DNA of 24,000 nt from an uncultured Clostridiaceae bacterium (GTDB lineage Bacteria > Bacillota > Clostridia > TANB77 > CAG-465). Location: assembly GCA_964642045.1 (NCBI GenBank), contig CAZXLZ010000012.1:2820-26819 (forward strand). The letters are read 5' to 3'. A program made the position numbers and the translations under genes. This document shows, one piece after another, positions 17,244-24,000 of the stretch (positions within the stretch are counted from its first letter, which is position 1; each line of letters begins with the position of its first letter). The notes beneath the pieces are model-generated. The model was not told the DNA's origin. It did not search any database and worked only from the letters and a program-made list of their open reading frames with translations.

Positions 17244-17900
17244 ATGAAATGTAATATTAAATATATTGATAATAATAAAGATGTAAGTTATTGGTGTTTA
17301 TCTCATAAATCGATTGCTAGAAGCCAAGAAGGCATTCCTACTAGCTGTGAGTGTAAGTATAAAGAAAGATATGAAAACATTGTAAAGATGGAAAAGCAAG
17401 ATATAAATAGTATAAAAATAGTGTATCCTGATTTAAAGAAAGATACTAATGTAAAGTTATATATAAATGATAAAGAATTTAATGGAATACTACAAATAGA
17501 AAATAGTATAATCGATTTAAAGGACTATGGTGGACTAATGCTTTCAAAACTAAATAATGTAAATTTAGAGACAAGCAGTTGTAAGTATTGCTCTATGAAA
17601 CATACTGATAATGGGAAATTTGCCTATACTAAGCATAGTACACACTTATGTATTTATTGTGGACATTTGTATGATGTAGAAAAAGCAAATATAGGTAATG
17701 AACTAGCACTTTATTTTGATTTTCCAAATATTAATTTAAAAGATAATGTAGTGGTAGTTGGTAATAAATGTGAACTAGTGTACGACATATTTAAAGGAAA
17801 TTTAACAATAAATGGAACTTCTTGTGATAAGTTAGTAATAGATAATAATGAAATAAGTTTGGTAGAATATTTAAATAGTGCTCTAAAAGATGAATATTAA
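17244..17900 (+). CDS. Hypothetical Cys-rich protein, 218 aa, putative metal-binding
   Basis: SCECKYK, CKYCSMKHTDNG...HLCIYCG; RBS gggaggtaatattATG. Confidence 0.65.
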   Translation: MKCNIKYIDNNKDVSYWCLSHKSIARSQEGIPTSCECKYKERYENIVKMEKQDINSIKIVYPDLKKDTNVKLYINDKEFNGILQIENSIIDLKDYGGLMLSKLNNVNLETSSCKYCSMKHTDNGKFAYTKHSTHLCIYCGHLYDVEKANIGNELALYFDFPNINLKDNVVVVGNKCELVYDIFKGNLTINGTSCDKLVIDNNEISLVEYLNSALKDEY

Positions 17901-17963
17901 TTATATACATTTTATAACATATATGATATAATATAACAAATTATTTTTTAGGAGGAAATCGAT

Positions 17964-18320
17964 ATGATGAGTCAGAAAGAGCTTCATGGCTTGTTAGATA
18001 GGAAAAATAGCCTTGATGATGTGCAAGATTATATAAAAAAAGTAATAGACATAAGAGGTTTTGGAGAGCAAAAAGTAGAGCAAGAATTACTTCTTTTAAC
18101 AGAAGAAGTAGGAGAGCTTGCAAAAGCCATTAGAAAAGACAAAACAGATATGTGTATTGATAAGAATAAGATAAAAAATTATGATACAGTAGATAGTGAG
18201 ATAGCTGATGTATTTATAGTTTTAACATCTATTTGCAACACTCTTGGAATAAACCTATATGATGCTGTTTACGCAAAAGAAAAAGAGAATGTAGAAAGGA
18301 CTTGGAAAAATGACAAATAA
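17964..18320 (+). CDS. MazG-like nucleotide pyrophosphohydrolase
   Basis: LLLLTEEVGELAKAIRK...DSEIADVFIVLTSICNTLGINLYDAVYAKEKEN. Confidence 0.9.
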   Translation: MMSQKELHGLLDRKNSLDDVQDYIKKVIDIRGFGEQKVEQELLLLTEEVGELAKAIRKDKTDMCIDKNKIKNYDTVDSEIADVFIVLTSICNTLGINLYDAVYAKEKENVERTWKNDK

Positions 18321-18909
18321 GGAAATTCTTGATAAAATAAAGAGCCTTTCTGATAGTGAAAAAAGAGCTATTCCATATGTAGAGCTTGTAAGTATCATAA
18401 AAAGGCTTTCAAAAGATGAAATTATTGATCTTGCAAATATAATTGGTTATCATGTGTTCATAAGAATGTGCATGGGAGAAATAGGGCATATGGTACCTAT
18501 AATTCAAAATGGTGCAGCTGCAATAATTGTAAATGAGAAAAAAGAAATACTTCTTCAATCAAGAGCTGACAGAGATAAATGGGGACTTCCAGGAGGATGT
18601 CAGGCTATAACAGAAAGTCTTGAAGATACTGTAATTAGAGAAGTTAAAGAAGAAACAGATCTTAATGTAAAAAAAGAGGATTTAAAGTTAATTGAAAGTG
18701 TATCAGGAGAAAGTAGAAGAAATGACTATCCAAATGGTGATACAGTTTTCAACAATACCAATTTATACTACATAGATAAATATACAGGAACTCTTAAATG
18801 GGATGATGAATCAAAAGAGATGAAATTCTTTAGTATTGATAATCTTCCAGAAAATCTAATGGATAAAGATTTAATTGATGTGTACATAGAGAAAATGATA
18901 AAGAAGTAA
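18310..18909 (+). CDS. NUDIX hydrolase with N-terminal helical extension
   Basis: GGCQAITESLEDTVIREVKEETDL NUDIX box; overlaps the MazG-like gene by 11 nt. Confidence 0.9.
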   Translation: MTNKEILDKIKSLSDSEKRAIPYVELVSIIKRLSKDEIIDLANIIGYHVFIRMCMGEIGHMVPIIQNGAAAIIVNEKKEILLQSRADRDKWGLPGGCQAITESLEDTVIREVKEETDLNVKKEDLKLIESVSGESRRNDYPNGDTVFNNTNLYYIDKYTGTLKWDDESKEMKFFSIDNLPENLMDKDLIDVYIEKMIKK

Positions 18910-18918
18910 TAGCAAGTA

Positions 18919-18964
18919 AAACCAGAAAATATAAGTTTTAATAACTATATTTTCTGGTTTTTTT
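18919..18964 (+). terminator. Intrinsic terminator
   Basis: AAACCAGAAAATATA / TATATTTTCTGGTTT + TTTTT. Confidence 0.8.
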
Positions 18965-19008
18965 AGATTGTATTATTATATATGTAAAGCTATTATATTA
19001 ATAATATC

Positions 19009-19037
19009 TTGATAAATATTTACTTTTGTGATAGTTA
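19009..19037 (+). promoter_or_regulatory. Promoter-like element with repeated motif
   Basis: TTGATAAATATTTACTTTTGTGATAGTTA; near-identical copy at 21279. Confidence 0.5.
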
Positions 19038-19101
19038 TTATATATGGTATGTTATAAATTTCATGTAATAAAGTGAAAAGTTAGGAAAGGTGTAGATTAT
19101 A

Positions 19102-19728
19102 GTGGATATAACAAAAAATGTTTTAATATTTTCAGATAGAAATTGTGATAGGTACGTAAAGGGCTGTCAGATAGTTGGATTAAATCCAATAGTTAGTGAT
19201 AGTTTATCTGATTTATCATCGTTTGATGGATTAATATTAGTAGGTGGAGGAGATATAGATCCAGAGCTTTATGGACAAGCTAATATTAGTAGTGTAAAGA
19301 TTGAAAAAGAATTCGATAGGAAATGTATAAAGTGTTTAGACTATTTTACTAAAAATAACAAACCTGTTTTAGGAATATGTAAGGGAATGCAGTTAATCAA
19401 TGTATATTTTGGTGGAACTTTAAAACAAGATATAGCTAATCATAAATTCACTGAAAAGATGCATGCTCATAAGGTTATATGTAAAGGTGATTCTCCATTA
19501 ATTAGTTATTATGGAAATGAGTTTGAAGTTAATTCTTTGCATCATCAATGTGTTGATAAAGTAGGAAAAAATATTGAAATAATAGCTGTATCTGAAGATG
19601 ATGTTATTGAAGGAATAATGAAGGATAATATTATTGCTGTACAGTGGCATCCAGAAAGATTACTAAATAATGATTTTAATACATTAGAAGGTAAAAAAAT
19701 ATTTGAAATATTTAAAGAATTATTTTAG
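19102..19728 (+). CDS. Class I glutamine amidotransferase, gamma-glutamyl-GABA hydrolase (PuuD-like, peptidase C26)
   Basis: LVGGGDIDPELYG, PVLGICKGMQLINVYFGGTLKQDI, VQWHPERL. Confidence 0.85.
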   Translation: MDITKNVLIFSDRNCDRYVKGCQIVGLNPIVSDSLSDLSSFDGLILVGGGDIDPELYGQANISSVKIEKEFDRKCIKCLDYFTKNNKPVLGICKGMQLINVYFGGTLKQDIANHKFTEKMHAHKVICKGDSPLISYYGNEFEVNSLHHQCVDKVGKNIEIIAVSEDDVIEGIMKDNIIAVQWHPERLLNNDFNTLEGKKIFEIFKELF

Positions 19729-19737
19729 GAGTAGTAT

Positions 19738-20319
19738 ATGAATTATATAATTGCTGGTACAAGTAGATGTGGAAAGACAATGCTAACTAATAAAATTGTG
19801 AAAGAATTAAATGGATTTAGTAAAATAAGCATTGACAATATTATTGGTGCTTTTGAACATTCGATTCCAGAGGCTAATATCAATTTCAAAAATGGTAAAG
19901 GAAACAAAAATTATTTACCTAAATTTATAGATAATTTTATTATAGGCGCAATGGATAAGGATAATGATATAGGATTATATTATGTACTTGAAGGTGATGG
20001 GCTTTCATTTTCTAAACTATTAGAATTAAATAAACATAAAGATATTAAATTGATTATTTTAGGAAAATCGAGCATTAGTGTAAAGGAGTATTTCGATGAA
20101 ATAAGGTACTATGAAGGTAAATATTTATATTCAGAATGGACTAAGCCTTTGAGCGATGAAACTTTGAAAATTAATTGTAAAAACTGGATAGATAGAAGTA
20201 AAGAATATAAAAAGTTATGTAATGAAAATAATATTGAATTTTATGATACCTCATATAATCAAGAATTAGTGATAGATAAAGTATTTGAAAAAATAAAAGA
20301 AAGCTTGTTAAAAAAATAA
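19738..20319 (+). CDS. P-loop kinase-like protein
   Basis: IIAGTSRCGKTMLTNKIV Walker A; 9 nt downstream of the amidotransferase gene. Confidence 0.75.
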   Translation: MNYIIAGTSRCGKTMLTNKIVKELNGFSKISIDNIIGAFEHSIPEANINFKNGKGNKNYLPKFIDNFIIGAMDKDNDIGLYYVLEGDGLSFSKLLELNKHKDIKLIILGKSSISVKEYFDEIRYYEGKYLYSEWTKPLSDETLKINCKNWIDRSKEYKKLCNENNIEFYDTSYNQELVIDKVFEKIKESLLKK

Positions 20320-20351
20320 TTTTGTAAATAAACTGATTAATGAGCACAAAA

Positions 20352-20393
20352 AAGACTTAGGAAAATAAAGCATATGCATATATTTCCTAAGTC
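20352..20393. terminator. Bidirectional terminator between convergent genes
   Basis: AGACTTAGGAAA / TTTCCTAAGTCT perfect 12-bp stem. Confidence 0.7.
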
Positions 20394-20405
20394 TATATTT
20401 AAATA

Positions 20406-21134
20406 TTATGCCGATATATATCTTGAAATAGCCATTCTGTGCAAATAATCATATGAAATACTAAATTTCCTTTTTGTAATGTAAAATCCTTTAACAGCTT
20501 TTACTGATTCAGGCAAATCATATAATTTTTCAAGGTCAGGCAGGTTATTCCCATGAAGCTGTCTAGAAGTGTATTTTCTACAAAGCTGATCCTCATGTCT
20601 GTTTCCTGTAATTTCGAAATAGCATTTACCAATTATACTATTTTGAGAAGATGTTTGGGCAATATATGATACTTTGTTGTCATTTTCAGAAATATCGCGT
20701 TGTATAAAGAAAAATTGTATTTCTGTTATGTCGCCACCATCTCCAAAAATATATGAGGTACCATTTTTCCCACTCATGTAATCCCTAAACATTCTTTCAA
20801 ACATAAAATTGATGGGTATGTCTAAAATAAGATGTTGTATATCTTTCAAGACATAATCCTTTTGCATTCTTTGGTCAAAACTTTGTTCAATAGAAAGATT
20901 TGTTTCATCTCCTTTTACTATATATTGATATCCAGCTCCAAAATCAAAATATTTCCCAACAGGTTTGTCATTAGAATCAAAGAGCCATGCCATTTCACAG
21001 GGAAATGCACAAAGACCAGGAATACCGTCGCCATTGTCCGTTATAAAGTTAGAATAAGGAATGTTCATTCTCATATCAAAAAGTTTTGAAAGAGAGCTAG
21101 CACCAGTAGTCTCATTTGTAATAATATCGTTCAT
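20406..21134 (-). CDS. Hypothetical protein, 242 aa
   Basis: ATG 21134 with strong RBS ttggaggaaaaatt (MNDIITNETTGASS...); better than 21185 start. Confidence 0.7.
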   Translation of the reverse strand: MNDIITNETTGASSLSKLFDMRMNIPYSNFITDNGDGIPGLCAFPCEMAWLFDSNDKPVGKYFDFGAGYQYIVKGDETNLSIEQSFDQRMQKDYVLKDIQHLILDIPINFMFERMFRDYMSGKNGTSYIFGDGGDITEIQFFFIQRDISENDNKVSYIAQTSSQNSIIGKCYFEITGNRHEDQLCRKYTSRQLHGNNLPDLEKLYDLPESVKAVKGFYITKRKFSISYDYLHRMAISRYISA

Positions 21135-21278
21135 AATTTTTCCTCCAAATATGATTTTTTGCTGATAGATATTTGTATCCATCATTTTTTAGTTTGTTGT
21201 TTACATATTTTATCATATGCAGTTCTAAAAGTCAATAATTATGTAAAATGTTAAGCTGTATTAGTTAATAAATATATC

Positions 21279-21307
21279 TTGATAAATATTTATTTTTGTG
21301 ATAGTAT
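21279..21307 (+). promoter_or_regulatory. Promoter-like element with repeated motif
   Basis: TTGATAAATATTTATTTTTGTGATAGTAT. Confidence 0.5.
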
Positions 21308-21335
21308 GATAAAAACAGTTATAGAGGTTTAGTGT

Positions 21336-22760
21336 ATGAAACTATATATAGAATTTGTAATTATGTTATTTCGCAAGGTTATATTAAGGCAAAATACAGG
21401 GACTGTTATAAGGAAATTCTGTGAAAAAATGGGGATAGTATATATAAAATTTGCGCAAATACTAGCAACGCAGAATTATGGAAATATATTTACTGAGTCA
21501 GATAGAGAAAAACTATCAAAAATATGTGATAATTGTAACGTAATTAAATTTGAAGAAATAGAAGAAATATTAAAAGAAGAATATGGAGATAATTTATATA
21601 AAGTTTTTGAAAGTATAGAAGAAAAAGAAATTGGATCTGCCTCTGTTTCACAAGTGCATAAAGGTATTCTAAAAAATGGTAAAGAGGTTGCAATTAAGAT
21701 AAAAAGAAAAGATGTAGTAGAAAACATAGAAAAAGAGGTTAGAAGGCTAAAGAAGATAGTTCGTAGATTTGGTAAATTAATAAAATTTTCTAACTATTCA
21801 GGTGGTGATAATGCACTTGATTTGTTTGCAGAATGGATAAGGCAGGAAACAGACTTTGATCATGAAAGAAAAAATATAATTAGTTACAAAAAATTTGCAG
21901 ACTCGGTAAATGGTAAGGTAGAAAATACAAAGAAAATTAGAGTTCCAAAATTATATAAAGAATACTGCACCAAAAATGTAATAGTCATGGAATATATCAA
22001 ATATGAGACTATAAATAAGATGGAGATGTCTGAAGAAAATTATAAAAAGATTATAAAGGGAATTAATAGTTATCTAAAGCTTAGCTTTTATGCGCTACTT
22101 AATGGAAAACAAATTATATTCCATGGAGATCCACATGGTGGTAATATTTATATAGATGATAGAGGGGATATAGGCTTTTTAGATATGGGACTAATATTTA
22201 TACTATCCGAAGATGACTCTATACTTACTAGAAATCTATTTTTAGCAGCCTATTCTGGAAATTCTGAAAAACTATTTACACTTATATCAAATCTTGGACA
22301 TATGGATGGAAAGACAAAAGCTATGTTTAAAGAGGAGTGCAAAAAATATTGCTCAGAAGTAAATGGAAAAAACATAACAAATTATTTTACAGATATGATT
22401 AATATGTGTTTAAAATTTGAATTTGTACCACCAAACTTTTTATTTTGTATGGCAAAGGCTTTTGTTTGTTTAAATGGTATAGTTAAATTTTCAGATAATA
22501 AAATAAATGCTAGTGAATTATTAGGTGAGCAGGTTATGGAGTATCTACTTAAAAGGAGTTTAGAAGACTATAAAAACACAGTGTTTGACAGTATTAAAGG
22601 TGCACCTAAGATAGTAGAAGAAGTTTTAAAGTATGGGATAGAAAAGACATTTATCAAAGAAGCATCAGGAGAAAATGGAGTAAAACATGCACTTGGAACG
22701 ATGCTAAATAATGTAGAAGAAATGCTTAAAATTATGAAAATATCATATCTTCGGAAATGA
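21336..22760 (+). CDS. AarF/UbiB (ABC1) kinase-like protein
   Basis: GSASVSQVHKGILKNGKEVAIKIKRKDV, TDFDHERKN, IIFHGDPHGGNIYIDDRGDIGFLDMG. Confidence 0.88.
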   Translation: MKLYIEFVIMLFRKVILRQNTGTVIRKFCEKMGIVYIKFAQILATQNYGNIFTESDREKLSKICDNCNVIKFEEIEEILKEEYGDNLYKVFESIEEKEIGSASVSQVHKGILKNGKEVAIKIKRKDVVENIEKEVRRLKKIVRRFGKLIKFSNYSGGDNALDLFAEWIRQETDFDHERKNIISYKKFADSVNGKVENTKKIRVPKLYKEYCTKNVIVMEYIKYETINKMEMSEENYKKIIKGINSYLKLSFYALLNGKQIIFHGDPHGGNIYIDDRGDIGFLDMGLIFILSEDDSILTRNLFLAAYSGNSEKLFTLISNLGHMDGKTKAMFKEECKKYCSEVNGKNITNYFTDMINMCLKFEFVPPNFLFCMAKAFVCLNGIVKFSDNKINASELLGEQVMEYLLKRSLEDYKNTVFDSIKGAPKIVEEVLKYGIEKTFIKEASGENGVKHALGTMLNNVEEMLKIMKISYLRK

Positions 22761-22801
22761 TACTGTAAGAAATAATTATTTATAGATAGTCTGGGGGACA
22801 A

Positions 22802-23152
22802 ATGAACACTTTAATAATAATTTTCATTTTATCATTGATAGTTTTATACGTAAAACTTATATATGAGAGAAAATCAAGATTTATAGGGAAGATGACAACT
22901 ATAATTATAACCTTTTACACTTTAATAATTACACTTATAGTTTGCATATTGATACATCTTAAGCTAGAGGTAATATTAAACTTTATTTTAATTATAGATA
23001 TATCTCTTATATGCTTATGCAACATTATTTACACACTCCTTGGTATATATTCATCTAAAAGATATACATTAAGAAAAAAATATATTGTATTTGATATAGC
23101 TATTATAGTCTTAAATATTATATTACTTACGAGTATGATTATAAACTCATAA
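22802..23152 (+). CDS. Small integral membrane protein, 116 aa
   Basis: Hydrophobic helices; RBS gggggacaaATG. Confidence 0.6.
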   Translation: MNTLIIIFILSLIVLYVKLIYERKSRFIGKMTTIIITFYTLIITLIVCILIHLKLEVILNFILIIDISLICLCNIIYTLLGIYSSKRYTLRKKYIVFDIAIIVLNIILLTSMIINS

Positions 23153-23158
23153 ATGAAA

Positions 23159-23195
23159 GAAGTGTTAGATTAAAGTAAATCTAATGCTTCTTTTT
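23159..23195 (+). terminator. Intrinsic terminator
   Basis: GAAGTGTTAGATT / AATCTAATGCTTC stem (G-U pairs) + TTTTT. Confidence 0.75.
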
Positions 23196-23394
23196 AATTA
23201 ATTTTATGAATAGAAAATAAATGTGAAAATTTCAAAGAAGTATTATAATCCAATTGAACATTTTTTACGTTTATGGAAAAAATATTCAATGAAGAGAAGT
23301 TATATGAGAAAAATAAGTATCAATGATAATTTATGTTCAAATAATTATTTGCCTAGTATTATTTATATAATTAATAAAAAAGAAGCAATAGTTT

Positions 23395-24000
23395 TTAAAG
23401 TAACTCTAACGCTTCTTTTTCTATTTCTATACTTTTATCATTTAGATAATTAAGAATACTTTTTTCATCAAAATTAAATTTGTATTTATATGCAACAAGT
23501 AGCTGTTTTGATTTTTTAAATCTCTTATTTACTTCATTTTTACCGTATTTACTATCACCAATTATTTCATGATTAATTGATGCTAGATGACATCTTATTT
23601 GATGAGTTTTTCCTGTATGTAAAACTACATCTAAAATAGCATAATTTTTATCTTTATTTTGGTTTAAAACTGTGTATTCTGTAGTAATTTTTTGAGAGTA
23701 TGTTAAGTTCTTGTCTGTTATTTTTGAAAATCCTGTTTTGTTATCTTTAATTAGGTAAGCAATAAGCACCTCATGCATTTTTTGAAATTGGTAATTATTT
23801 ACATAAGCAATATAATGTTTTTCAATTTTAAAATCTGAAAAAGCTCTTTTTACTTCATTAAATACATTTTCTGATTTTGCTAAAATAACAAGCCCAGAAG
23901 TATTAGTATCCAGCCTATGGCATGCTTTTAAGAAATTTAAATGAAGATCATCTTTTATAACTTCTTCAAATGTAGGTTCTTTTTTATCTTTATTTAACTC
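23395..24000 (-). CDS. RluA-family RNA pseudouridine synthase, N-terminus beyond window
   Basis: Frame open to window edge: ELNKDKKEPTFEEVIKDDLHLNFLKACHRLDTNTSGLVILAK...KHYIAYV...VLHTGKTHQIRCHLASINHEIIGDSKYG. Confidence 0.93.
   Translation of the reverse strand, partial: ELNKDKKEPTFEEVIKDDLHLNFLKACHRLDTNTSGLVILAKSENVFNEVKRAFSDFKIEKHYIAYVNNYQFQKMHEVLIAYLIKDNKTGFSKITDKNLTYSQKITTEYTVLNQNKDKNYAILDVVLHTGKTHQIRCHLASINHEIIGDSKYGKNEVNKRFKKSKQLLVAYKYKFNFDEKSILNYLNDKSIEIEKEALELL

Noticed and set aside
23223-23453. 76-aa plus-strand ORF
   Set aside because: Starts at GTG without clear RBS, overlaps the 3' end of the rluA-like gene; Lys/Ile/Tyr-rich composition as expected by chance here.
1-24000. CRISPR array, transposon or classical prophage
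   Set aside because: No regularly spaced direct repeats, no transposase/integrase or structural phage genes seen on either strand.

Overview
AT-rich, Firmicutes/Clostridia-like chromosomal window with mostly compact operons. Well-supported features: a convergent ATP-grasp / MurB-like pair; a heterodimeric-type ABC exporter pair whose second gene looks frameshifted near its 5' end; RNase J with a consensus promoter and leader; tmRNA (ssrA, tag ADNREFALAA); DUF421 and DUF4363-like genes; two NUDIX hydrolases; a MazG-like protein; a class-I glutamine amidotransferase/P-loop kinase pair; an AarF/UbiB-like kinase; and an RluA pseudouridine synthase cut by the window edge. The strongest candidates for something undescribed are: (1) a tight four-gene minus-strand operon (7959->6442) with its own promoter, encoding a CxxC...CxxC protein, two 63-aa paralogous proteins, and an inosine/xanthosine-triphosphatase-like (DUF84) enzyme, where the two small proteins and the enzyme's N-terminal extension share the peptide motif Y-[IM]-x-P-[TV]-R-x-G-x-x-AFP; (2) an unassigned highly structured ncRNA (about 14751-14890) with a perfect TTGACA-N17-TATAAT promoter and an intrinsic terminator, next to a PBECR-like putative RNase gene; (3) a shared promoter-embedded motif (TTGATAAAtATttActTTTGTGaTA) ahead of three unrelated transcription units. 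An in-frame TGA interrupts a small gene at 15881-16300. Family assignments come from recognised motifs only; no database search was run.
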